Part shown: one piece after another, positions 54,468 to 64,000 of the stretch | How the letters are laid out: every line of letters begins with the position of its first letter | How positions within the stretch are numbered: position 1 is the first letter of the stretch | Assembly: GCA_946965045.2 (NCBI GenBank) | Contig: OX337235.1 | Coordinates: 2,046,001-2,110,000 of the forward strand | DNA from: Epithemia pelagica | Lineage: Eukaryota; Protista; Bacillariophyta | Length of the DNA stretch: 64,000 nt | Reading direction: 5' to 3' | The notes under the pieces: generated by a model | The model's input: the letters and a program-made list of their open reading frames with translations, nothing else | The model's database searches: none | What the model was told of the DNA's origin: nothing | Program-made: the position numbers and the translations under genes

Positions 54468-55415
54468 TTATTGCCGTTTCAGTGACAATGAGCGCTCATT
54501 AATACTATCTATTTGTCCAGGTGACAACTTGTGTATGCCAAGTTCTTCTGATACCAGAACAACTTCAAACACAAGTCCTCCTGTATTTGGTTGATCGCTG
54601 CGATGTTTTGCCCCAGTCCCATTATCATCTATCACTGCCTTTCGAACAATATCGAACGCTCGAGCCAGCTGATCGGCCGGTGTATTGTCGCGTTCCAGTA
54701 TTCTCGGCCATGCGTTCTCTAGAGTGCGCTTGAACGTGCTTGCCTGACCTCCAACCAATACAAATGGCCGTTCAATTTCGTTGGATGAAAGTGTGTGGAT
54801 TGCGCCCGAAGGATCAGTGATGAATATATTATTGTGGCTCGACGGAGACGCGACATCTTGGTTCGAGATCCGACCATGATTGCCCTCGACTACCACAAAG
54901 TGAGCTCCGTAGGGCCGTATGCCCCCTCCAATAGCAAACTGTTGACAACGACGGCTCGCGGCCATTGCCCATTCATGTGCTCTGCAAAACGGTGTCCCAT
55001 AGAGCCCTTCATGTTCCATGCTGTCTTGTTGCACTTTTCGGCCAAGAGCACCACAATCAGCCAAGACACCGGCCAACCCTATCATTACAGATTTGTTGTT
55101 GTTCGAATTGTTCATGTTCAGTCCATTATTTTGGTACACCAGCAAGCGCTCCTGCAAGCGGAACGATGGACGATACGTGAGAATGGCCACTAACCGTGAC
55201 TCCTCACTGGAATCTCTACCAAGAGGCAAGAGGACAATTGGTGCAGAATGGTCAGCTGCCCGGCAAGCATATTCCAGTTGCAGCAAGCGACCGTCGGGTG
55301 TATACATTGGCGCACTCATATCGTATTGATACGGGCTGTAAACTTCACCAGATGCAATCATGAATGCAAGCGACACCAAGATTGCTGTCTGACCCACTCT
55401 CCTTATGACATCCAT
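54468..55415 (-). CDS. 20S proteasome alpha-type subunit with N-terminal signal peptide
   Basis: MDVIRRVGQTAILVSLAFMIASG precedes YD....YTPDGRLLQLEYA; also GGIRPYG and TDPSG. Confidence 0.8.
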   Translation of the reverse strand: MDVIRRVGQTAILVSLAFMIASGEVYSPYQYDMSAPMYTPDGRLLQLEYACRAADHSAPIVLLPLGRDSSEESRLVAILTYRPSFRLQERLLVYQNNGLNMNNSNNNKSVMIGLAGVLADCGALGRKVQQDSMEHEGLYGTPFCRAHEWAMAASRRCQQFAIGGGIRPYGAHFVVVEGNHGRISNQDVASPSSHNNIFITDPSGAIHTLSSNEIERPFVLVGGQASTFKRTLENAWPRILERDNTPADQLARAFDIVRKAVIDDNGTGAKHRSDQPNTGGLVFEVVLVSEELGIHKLSPGQIDSINERSLSLKRQ

Positions 55416-55989
55416 GGCCGTTTGAACCCTGACGAGGCCCTTGAGATGATCCAAAATGTTCTTGACGGGCGTCGAAAGGAAAGTGAAACACCTATGAAGT
55501 GGAACTACTCCTTGACTTCTGTGGATTGTTGATGGTAGATTGGATTCGCAATTCCCAATTCCCAAACCCAAAATCCAAACGCCTTTGCGCGACCAATGGT
55601 TTCCAGAATCTTGCAGAATCTTACTACTTTTTCATGTGGATCTTTTCACTTATGCAAATGGTCCACAATAATGCATAATGCAAATACCTTTCGTCGTGAT
55701 AAGGAGTAGAGGTGGTTGGCTGACATGAGCGCGGGCAACAGCAGCACCTGTTGCGCGCCCCTGTGGTGGTGGCAGCAACAGCAGAGGTCGTAAGTGGTAC
55801 GAATACGAGCATATTGCAGAGAAGGGACAATTATTTTAGGGGGTTTTGTCTTGTCCCTTTGTGGTCTTGGCTTTCATTCCACTCCTTGTTGTGTCGCCCG
55901 TGTATGTGGATTTGCTGAGCGACTAATCACAGTTGGGGAAGAGTTGTCTCCATCCTGCTATTTCTTGAACACAATCTCGATCAATTCCA

Positions 55990-57382
55990 ATGTCAGATCT
56001 TAATAGTAAAATTGATACTGCCAAACAGAAGGTAAGATACTGTTGGTTTTTGACTCGACAAATGCCTTGAAACTTGGAAAACGGATTGGCAGCATGGAGC
56101 AGAAAGCTCTCGGTGGAGTATGACGATGTTTTGTTCAGATCGAATGTGTTTGTTATTTCATCTGTGGGGATCAGCTTCCCGGCCTTTTGTCCTTGAAGGA
56201 CCCGTAACTGCCTATATCTGCTCCGTTTGTGCGAACCCGTTCGCAGGTTTATTGGCATCTGATGGAATGAGGAAGAGGTACCATTTGCATCATCTTCTGA
56301 CTTGTTTCTTCCTGACTGGGCAACAGGTGTCTACGCTGAAGCTGCAGATTTCCTCTGCACAATCCAGCAAACAGGACATGACTTTGAGCAAGGCTGCTGC
56401 CGGTGTGGATCCTCCTTTGGCCAGTTTACGCAGCCCACCCACTGTCAAGACACGCCGTACGCTCAAAGGGCACTTTGGAAAGGTGACGGCCCTTCATTGG
56501 GGAGGTGACTCGCGAACTCTTGTTTCAGCTAGTCAAGATGGTAATCTGTTGGTGTGGAACGCTGTCACAGGCAATAAATTGCAATCGATAAGTTTGAAGT
56601 CGAGTTATGTCATGTCTGTGGGGATTGAACAGTCACAAGGGAAGTTGATTGCGTGTGGAGGACTTGATAACTTGTGCACTGTCTATCGACGAGGCGATTC
56701 CGGTGGTGCTACAGAAATGGCCAGTCACGATGGTTTTTTGTCGTGTTGTCGCTTCCTTAGTGAACAACAAATGGTAACTTCCTCAGGAGATTCCACCTGT
56801 ATCTTGTGGGATATCACCACAGCCAAACCAATTTCAACTTTTGCGGAACACCAAGCAGATGCAATGTTCTTGTCAGTTTTCCCTGATAAGAAAACATTTG
56901 TTAGTTGTTCGGTAGATCAGACAGCCAAGGTATGGGACATTCGGTCGCCAAAGGGCTCAGTGATGACCTTTATGGGACACTCTGCTGATGTCAACTGTGT
57001 CGAAGTGATGAATTCAGATGGGAATTGTTTTGCATCTTGCAGTCAAGACTCGACCGTCCGTCTATATGATCTTCGAGCAATGAACGTGTTGCAAAAATTC
57101 GCAGTTCCTCCACCGGTAGCAGCTAACAATGTTGGTGATGAAGCCATTGACCAGGCTCCCGAGTCCTTCACTTCCCTAGCATTTTCAGGATCGGGACGAG
57201 TTCTGTTTGCTGGACATGCCGACGGAAGCGTCTATGCATTCGATACACTCGGCTCACGTTCAGGTCCAGTGTACCATTTGGAGAAGGCCCATGAGCGCCA
57301 TGTTGCCTGTATTGGTGTCAGTCCTTCGGGAAGTGCGCTTAGTACTGGTTCATGGGACTCCAATATTAAAGTGTGGGCCTAG
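55990..57382 (+). CDS. GNB: Heterotrimeric G-protein beta subunit, 2 exons
   Basis: Exon 1 55990-56031 (MSDLNSKIDTAKQK), intron 56032-56326, then VSTLKLQI...RRTLKGHFGKVTALHW...LVSASQDG and seven WD40 repeats. Confidence 0.92.
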
Positions 57383-57900
57383 TCTGCTTTCGACTGCATC
57401 CCCCTTCACACACCGCTAGGTTGCGATGAAGTCATATTCGCGTCAACCTGGAGACACCACTGTAGTTCTTTGTTCTCTTAATATATTGTTCTTTATCCGT
57501 TGCTGAGGTGATACCATGAGAAAATGAAGACTCCCCGAGGTTAAAGACTATACACCTGTAAAGTTTGGCTACTCTAAGTCATTGCTTTGTGGTCTGAGTG
57601 GACCTACTTTTCGAACTACTAGGAATTAGAACGAGCATGCGATGTAGATTGCGATAGCAATCGCATGGGTCAACCATGAAGTCTTCGTTTTATGCAGAGC
57701 TAGTCAAAACACGTTGGCGTCTGGAGTAAAAGTCCTCCTAGAGCTTCCCTCCTCCCTCCTCGGTGTCATTTTTCTCGGCGGTGTCAGTTCAAACTGGTCG
57801 ATGTTATACCGTCAAAAAGTAATAACGTCATGGTTAGCTTTGTCTCCCTTCTCCAAACAACATCTGTGTATGGACCTATGTATCTAAGGCCGCTAGAGAG

Positions 57901-58974
57901 TCACTCCTTGTCTTTTCGTACTCCAAACGCTTGGTAGACTTGAATTTTGGGGTCATGCACAAAGGGCAAATGGACACGCTCCACATGTTGCGCAATCTCC
58001 ACCAGGGCATCGAGATAGTGTTCGACTCCATCGGCGGTTCGTCGTTCCAAACTAGTAATAAGAATTGTTTTCGGATTGGCCTGGAGCAAAGCCTTTTGAC
58101 ACGCAATGAGACTTTGCCATGCCTCTCGACCATACAGGGGTTCATAAACGCAGTCACAGTTCAAGACAATGTCGAACGATGCACGACGATGGTCTTTGTT
58201 AGTGGCATTGCTTTCTTCCTGCGACAACAAGAAGCAATGATCCAACAAATCCTTGACTCCATCATCAGACCAATCTAGCACACGAGCCTCAATTTTCCGC
58301 CGAGGAGATTCGCCTTGTTCTCCGTTGTCAGTTTCTTCGTCCGGAGTAGACGAGGGAAAAATCGTATTTAGATTTGTCTGCAGTTGATCGACCAAAGATT
58401 CCTTGTCGGTCAAAACAACGGGACAACCAATGATTTCATGGAGCAAGATTCCAGGAACACCCAAGCCACATCCCAGCTCCAACACGGATGTTTCGGGTCC
58501 AATTTCAAACCGAGTCTTTGTCCCTGAGAAGGATGAAGATGTCGTCGTCAATGTATCTTTCCCGCCGATTGGTGTTGTGGTTACCTGTGACAAGCGGCAA
58601 GTGGCATCAGCGTTCTCGTCGCCGCTTTGCTGTTGTCTTTGATACAGCAACAAATATTGAAGAGCCACGACAGCAGCACTCCAGATCCTGGTCCCAGCCC
58701 ATTGGGTGCCGTGAAATAGAGGAGCCATTTCGGAAGCATTCAAGACAGTGGAGAGCGAGAATGGTCGCACATTGGGCCAAGTGACTTGAATCCCAATCTC
58801 CAACCCCGTTGGACTTCGAATGGACTGGAACCATTCGTCATATTCGTCGTCGTCGTCGTCGTCTTCCCTGCTTTTTACTTGAATCTCTGATACAGTATTT
58901 GATACCTCCATCGAATGCGTTGGAGGGATGTCCATCTGATGTTCAGTGTTCAGTTCGTTTGTGATCTCGTCCAT
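57901..58974 (-). CDS. Protein-lysine methyltransferase (METTL21/Methyltransf_16 family)
   Basis: WAGTRIWSAA, VLELGCGLG, LTD, LDW and DCVYE. Confidence 0.85.
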   Translation of the reverse strand: MDEITNELNTEHQMDIPPTHSMEVSNTVSEIQVKSREDDDDDDEYDEWFQSIRSPTGLEIGIQVTWPNVRPFSLSTVLNASEMAPLFHGTQWAGTRIWSAAVVALQYLLLYQRQQQSGDENADATCRLSQVTTTPIGGKDTLTTTSSSFSGTKTRFEIGPETSVLELGCGLGVPGILLHEIIGCPVVLTDKESLVDQLQTNLNTIFPSSTPDEETDNGEQGESPRRKIEARVLDWSDDGVKDLLDHCFLLSQEESNATNKDHRRASFDIVLNCDCVYEPLYGREAWQSLIACQKALLQANPKTILITSLERRTADGVEHYLDALVEIAQHVERVHLPFVHDPKIQVYQAFGVRKDKE

Positions 58975-59351
58975 CCATCAATAGAATGCCAGTCCCGCTC
59001 ATGGTCGAAGATACAAAAGATGTGTGACATCTCGTAGCGAAAGGCAGACGGTAGACGGAAGAGCAGAAGATCAATCCCTATCGCCAGACCTACAAAGGCG
59101 ACGTTCATCGGAGGGAAGACTTCACCACGTCTGGGGATCTCAAGGAGATTCGCACACTCGGGTTTGACATGCGTATCTGGCACCCCCAGCGAGGGTGGCT
59201 AAGAGAGTTTAATTTCGTGTATGTGGATATTAAATCCTCAGAACCACCCCCGCTAAGGGGCTGGGGTATCTGGAACGAGATTGCAATGGGAGCACTTGAG
59301 ATCGATCCTCTAGGTAGATCAATGGCACAGGAACGAACCCATACATCAACC

Positions 59352-60398
59352 ATGTTTCATTGGCGCTATTTGATGGCCATGGTGGTAACCCAATGGGTCA
59401 GTGGTGTTTACCGCCCCCTCCCAATGGCATGTGGAGCCGTGTCGCCATTGCGAAGGAATGCCAGATATGCACCAAAATCTAGTTTTGAGAGTTACTCTTC
59501 TTTGACCAGGTCGCAGTCGGAGGCAGTCAGAAACCTTGTGGAAGGCATCCCACGCGGTGGTGCAGGGAGCTCTTCCCAGCAACCTACCACGGCAGTAGAC
59601 ATTGCTGGTATGTTTGGATTGGCCAAATCGGTTGCAACGACTGTGTGGAAGGAAGTCATTCATACCACACCGGCTGAAACGGCCACCAAAGTGGGAGTCT
59701 TTATTGGCAAACAACGGGCTGCGGCCAACAGACGACGAAACGAGTACAGTAGTTCTCCCGAGAAGACGAGTTCCGCCATTTTCTCACCACAACGAACGTT
59801 GCGATTGACATTGGTAGCCTTTGTGGTGGCTGAGGTTTTGCAGTTCTTGGAAACTCAAACGGCACCACTGATGGGAGATTTGGGTGAGAGGGCTGAAACC
59901 ATTACTGCCACAATGGCGAGTCAATGGGAGAACTTTTGTCGTATTGGACGATCCAGAGGTGGATTGCTCCATCCGGACACGTGGACCAATCGCGTTGTCC
60001 TATCGAGGGCTTTGCAAGAACAGGTGGAACCAAAATACCAGTGGGCGCTTGGAGCTGCCGCAGGATTTGTTCTATCGCCATTGGTGTGGTCCATTGGATG
60101 GACAGTTTTGGGTTGGTCGGCCTCCTTATATCTGGTTGCCGAAACACATCATTTGCTTAAAATGTATACCGAAGGTTACTACAGCACTCTAAAACAATGG
60201 GACAGCCAAGTTCTGTTTCTGGTGGATGATATTCTGGAGGACTTGAGAAAGTTTGTTGAGAAAGCAATCGAGTCTCCAAAAGAAACACTCTTGGCCATGA
60301 GAGATGATATTGATGATCGTATAGACTTTGACTTCCCGCCTCATGTCCAAAAAGGAATCTTGTTTGGATCTCTTGCAGGGGTGATTTCTGGTGTATAA
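59352..60398 (+). CDS. Hypothetical membrane protein with signal peptide
   Basis: Hydrophobic N-terminus from ATG 59352, with internal and C-terminal TM-like segments. Confidence 0.55.
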   Translation: MFHWRYLMAMVVTQWVSGVYRPLPMACGAVSPLRRNARYAPKSSFESYSSLTRSQSEAVRNLVEGIPRGGAGSSSQQPTTAVDIAGMFGLAKSVATTVWKEVIHTTPAETATKVGVFIGKQRAAANRRRNEYSSSPEKTSSAIFSPQRTLRLTLVAFVVAEVLQFLETQTAPLMGDLGERAETITATMASQWENFCRIGRSRGGLLHPDTWTNRVVLSRALQEQVEPKYQWALGAAAGFVLSPLVWSIGWTVLGWSASLYLVAETHHLLKMYTEGYYSTLKQWDSQVLFLVDDILEDLRKFVEKAIESPKETLLAMRDDIDDRIDFDFPPHVQKGILFGSLAGVISGV

Positions 60399-60873
60399 TG
60401 GATTCGAAGCCTTCCATTCTTTTGTTCCAAGCACGGATATGTCTCATCCATCCATGCTTTCGCCCTTATCACTCTTGTGTCCCAAGCATGTTTGAAAATG
60501 CCAAGCCGTGATGCCAAAGAACTCGAGAAACAGTGGGTAACTATGAAAACAGTAGATGTACGCTAACACTTCTTGTGATTTCTCAGCTCAACAGCTGTTG
60601 TAAACTTAGTAGCATTAGTTCCTTTGTTTCCCTTCCTTGCGACGATGTTCGTCCATTCTTATCTTCGGTTTTCTCGCCTAACGGTAGGCTTGATGTGACC
60701 AACCTTTATCGGAAACTTGACGCCGGGGGTCGGGTTTTGAAAAAGAAGATGATAATCTCAGTCGAAGAAAGAGCAATTTTTAAACGTCATTCAGCTATTA
60801 CTCTCAGAGAAATAGATATGGGAAATGAGTTTCTTTGAGCTGTAAGAGTTACTCTAGTATATCAAATAGTATA

Positions 60874-62922
60874 TTATGCTGCTCCCCCACCATGGGCTAT
60901 TCTGGACTGTCTTCGCCGTTGTCGTCTCCGTTGTTGCACGGAATTAATCATTCGGCAAGGAAGCGGTGTGTTCTTCTTGGAAAAGACTCTTTCCTCATTC
61001 TCATTGTGACCTGTCGTAGTACTTCCACCTGTGAATGAGTCCTTGGTGGCAGGGGTCACATCCGATAGTTGTGGTTTCACCTCCATGAGTGTATCGCGTT
61101 TGTTGTCGGTCACAGCAGCCCGATCGATTGCTTGTTCCGGAGGCTGCAATGACTGGAGTTCAGCTAAAAGCTTCTTGGCAGCCGGTGCCCGGCTGGCCGC
61201 CATGAAGCTAAACGCATTCAAAATGGGCTCCACTACTTGCGTCGAGGGCAACACCCGCAACAGTGTCAATGACGATGACTCGGTGACACGTTTTCGACAG
61301 AATTTGACAACCAGGGTTTGTAACTCTTTCTCTCCCAAATAAGCGTACAAATAGCCAGCAACACCTGTGTTGCGATGATCAAATCCAACATCCATGAGTC
61401 GTCGTTCACTGCTTTGAAGCAGCTCCAAGACTTGCTTATTGCAAGAAGGGCAAATCGCTGTTGAGGTAGGCACCAAGTCCCCGAGATTTACGGAAAGTTG
61501 ATTCAATGAAGGGATATCACCAAAGAAGTAAGACTTTGGACCGTCACCACCCGTGAGTTGTGCCATAGCTGCAACAACAGTCACGGACAACAGCCGAGCT
61601 CGGACATAGGACAAAGCCACAGCTAGATTGGTTTCAAATCGTTCACGAAATGAAGTTATTTCGGATTGTGAGGGAATCCCCTCGTAGGACAAGTACACCA
61701 AATCATTTTCAGCCCCGTTGCTCGCTGAGGGTGGAACCAGGCTAGACAAAAATTGGTCCATCGCCACAATGGCAGAGTGGTAGTCGTTGAGAGTATACAA
61801 TGTTTTCCTTCGCAAAGTCCGTTCGTGTTGCGGCAGCAAGCTCCAAGTATGGTCCAAGAACACAGCTGCATCCTCGCTGGCCATGTTTCCGACCTGCCGA
61901 TTCCACAAATCACACGCTTGTTGTACCAAACACTGAATTTCTTCCTTCGTCATGCCTAGCTCAAAATCTCGATTACAATCCAAGACACGCTTGTGGAGTC
62001 CTTCTACATGCGAGGCGCAACGAAAGGGAATGGTAGCTTCAATACAGGCACAGAGCTGACCAGTAAGCTTCATCGTCAAAACATTCTTTAGAATGCGCGT
62101 GGCGACCAATGCAGACAAGAACATATCAAGTCCTTTGTTGAACCATTCTTTTCTCTCAGTCAAGTCATCCCCTGGTCTGAACCCAAAGATATTGGCGAGT
62201 AGCACATCCTGAGGGTCTGACAGGTCAGGTCGTATGATCAATTTCGGGTTGTTCGACCCGTCGTTCTCTACAAAGAAGTTTTGCAGATACTCATACAGTG
62301 AGGGTTTCGTACCGCTCTTGGTGTTCCACTGAAGGACACAACCTGAACACGAATCTCGATCGATTGAGTTCTTGATAACATCACGAAAGAGCGAAGCCAA
62401 AACTTGCAACGGACTGGCTCCAGCAGAAATCTCATAGACATGAGCCACATTGTGATAATGGCGTGACTCTTGGGTCAGAGCACAATCCAAAATGATCGCA
62501 ATGCGCTCAAGTTCAGCCAAGTCAATTCGCTCACGACAGTCCAGCTCGGTTAGCGCCCAATCCAAATCGGAGATTAACATGTTCAAGTAGGAGAAGGAAA
62601 GCCGTCCAGGTCGAATCCTCCCCTGATCTTGACCCCAACTCAATTTTTGACTAGTATTTGAAGTCTCTGAAGTCATGGACGAGCTAGGAAGAGACTTGCG
62701 TTCTCGTTTCAGTTTCTTGCCCATGCGGTCCATCAACAAAATGCTTCCTCCTTCCGATACAACACCTCCACCACGTAATATAGCAACGTTTGATCGACTC
62801 GAGACGCGAGTAAGACGCCCGTCGTCACAGGATTCCCCCTCTTGTTGAACACCATCATTGCCGTCAGTTCTGGGTATTGGTGATTCTGTCATATTACTGA
62901 CATGCTCTGCTTTGGTTGACAT
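60874..62922 (-). CDS. HD-superfamily-like protein with degenerate HD motif
   Basis: RHYHNVAH...LASLFRDV (R in place of the HD His); long intronless ORF. Confidence 0.6.
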   Translation of the reverse strand: MSTKAEHVSNMTESPIPRTDGNDGVQQEGESCDDGRLTRVSSRSNVAILRGGGVVSEGGSILLMDRMGKKLKRERKSLPSSSMTSETSNTSQKLSWGQDQGRIRPGRLSFSYLNMLISDLDWALTELDCRERIDLAELERIAIILDCALTQESRHYHNVAHVYEISAGASPLQVLASLFRDVIKNSIDRDSCSGCVLQWNTKSGTKPSLYEYLQNFFVENDGSNNPKLIIRPDLSDPQDVLLANIFGFRPGDDLTERKEWFNKGLDMFLSALVATRILKNVLTMKLTGQLCACIEATIPFRCASHVEGLHKRVLDCNRDFELGMTKEEIQCLVQQACDLWNRQVGNMASEDAAVFLDHTWSLLPQHERTLRRKTLYTLNDYHSAIVAMDQFLSSLVPPSASNGAENDLVYLSYEGIPSQSEITSFRERFETNLAVALSYVRARLLSVTVVAAMAQLTGGDGPKSYFFGDIPSLNQLSVNLGDLVPTSTAICPSCNKQVLELLQSSERRLMDVGFDHRNTGVAGYLYAYLGEKELQTLVVKFCRKRVTESSSLTLLRVLPSTQVVEPILNAFSFMAASRAPAAKKLLAELQSLQPPEQAIDRAAVTDNKRDTLMEVKPQLSDVTPATKDSFTGGSTTTGHNENEERVFSKKNTPLPCRMINSVQQRRRQRRRQSRIAHGGGAA

Positions 62923-63438
62923 CAATCAAGTGGGTTGGTGGCGCCGAAGCTCTTCCCCGAGAGGTAATGTAACACTGCTATCAGATTAAACACAAAACAG
63001 ACTAAACAGGGTTGAGGTTGGTTTTGACAACGAAGCCAACGTCGTCAATACACCAGGAAGAGACGATGAAGTTCTAATCGCTTTTTTGGACAGGGACTTC
63101 ACGTTCACGGCGATGGACACCTACCTTGTTGCTGTGCTCTATCCAGAAAATGCACGGAGGTGTGGCCGACGATGGCACCAATCAGTCCGGTAATACAGTA
63201 AGTTTCTTCAAGACTGGTCGGCTGTCGGTGTCTTGTCGGGCGATTTTCTTCTCCTACACATTATCGTATACTACATCAAAACGGACAACTCATTATCGTT
63301 ACTCTTCTGGACACTTTGCATTAAGTAGTAGTAGTAACTCGCGGAGAACTTGAGAACGGAAACGGATCTGCGGAGACTCCCATTAAATTTGGCCGAAAAC
63401 GCCAGAGACATACGTAATATAATAGCCCCAGTTTGTTA

Positions 63439-63490
63439 GCAATTCATCTTAGACTTGAGACCAGTGGTTTTCTACGCCTAACTCTAAACT
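63439..63490. repeat. Short copy of the dispersed repeat seen at 1-190 and 10751-10900
   Basis: gcaattcatcttag + gagaccagtgg + cctaactctaaa, each exactly matching segments near the window start. Confidence 0.55.
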
Positions 63491-63656
63491 CTAAACACTT
63501 ATCCTTTGCCGACATGTCTTCAAAGTTTTATACTGACACAAAAATGATGTCGGTTAAAAATGTGATCTTTCACATCGTAGTCGAACGAAGACAAAGGGAC
63601 GGGTCTCGGCAATCCATCGTCTATTCCTGTACGAACTCCTTTATCTAATATCAACA

Positions 63657-64000
63657 ATGCACGGTCAGCTGCGCTCCGAATACAAGGCACGACAACGGGA
63701 CCCCAAGGTTGCTGCTGCTCTCGCAAAAAAGGCTGAACAGTGGTACACATTGACTGCTCAGATCAACGACGACAATGCGCTGGCGTTGACGGAGAAACTC
63801 CTCACTGTAAACCCAGATCCATTGTATTTGTGGAATCAGCGGCGTGTAGGTGGTAGGTCACTAGATTGGGAGACAGAAAGTCAATTGACTGCGAACGCAT
63901 TACGAAACAACCCCAAAGCCTACGGAGCATGGTTTCACCGTAAATGGTGTTTGGTCCATTTGGTCGTAGCACCAGAGCGCACCGCCACAACAACCGCAGT
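63657..64000 (+). CDS. RABGGTA: Rab geranylgeranyltransferase alpha subunit, 5' part (runs off the window)
   Basis: Manual translation: MHGQLRSEY...LLTVNPDPLYLWNQRR...NNPKAYGAWFHRKW (prenyltransferase alpha repeats). Not in the ORF track. Confidence 0.85.
   Translation, partial: MHGQLRSEYKARQRDPKVAAALAKKAEQWYTLTAQINDDNALALTEKLLTVNPDPLYLWNQRRVGGRSLDWETESQLTANALRNNPKAYGAWFHRKWCLVHLVVAPERTATTTA

Noticed and set aside
56120-56326. Hydrophobic N-terminal extension of G-beta shown in the ORF track
   Set aside because: Lies within intron 56032-56326; the real first exon is 55990-56031.
11593-62450. Numerous antisense and alternate-frame ORFs overlapping real genes
   Set aside because: Shadow ORFs of long coding regions with no motifs of their own.

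Overview
Gene-dense eukaryotic DNA with short GT-AG introns and bipartite plastid/periplastid targeting signals, most consistent with a diatom (inference). Bases 1062-10734 hold a young tyrosine-recombinase (YR) retrotransposon with split direct repeats (A1-gag-pol-YR-B1A2-B2; Ngaro/PAT-like). It has four unusual traits: (i) a probable catalytically degenerate C5-cytosine-methyltransferase-like fold at the Pol N-terminus; (ii) gag and pol in one frame separated by a single UGA; (iii) splice sites that would put the gag ATG in frame with the ATG-less recombinase ORF across a 5.9-kb intron; (iv) a 1.15-kb non-coding TIR element sitting exactly at the A2/B2 junction. The remaining 53 kb carries about 27 host genes. 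These include a signal-peptide Trx-NTR fusion, a DUF2064 transferase, a membrane-anchored PFK, an M11 protease, NVL/Rix7, a signal-peptide proteasome alpha subunit, G-beta, dynamitin, LYRM5 and a truncated Rab GGTase alpha. There is also a glycosyltransferase-like gene bracketed by a ~440-bp direct duplication and a His-rich ORF with an in-frame UGA. No rRNA, tRNA or CRISPR array was recognised. All family calls come from motif recognition by eye, not database searches.
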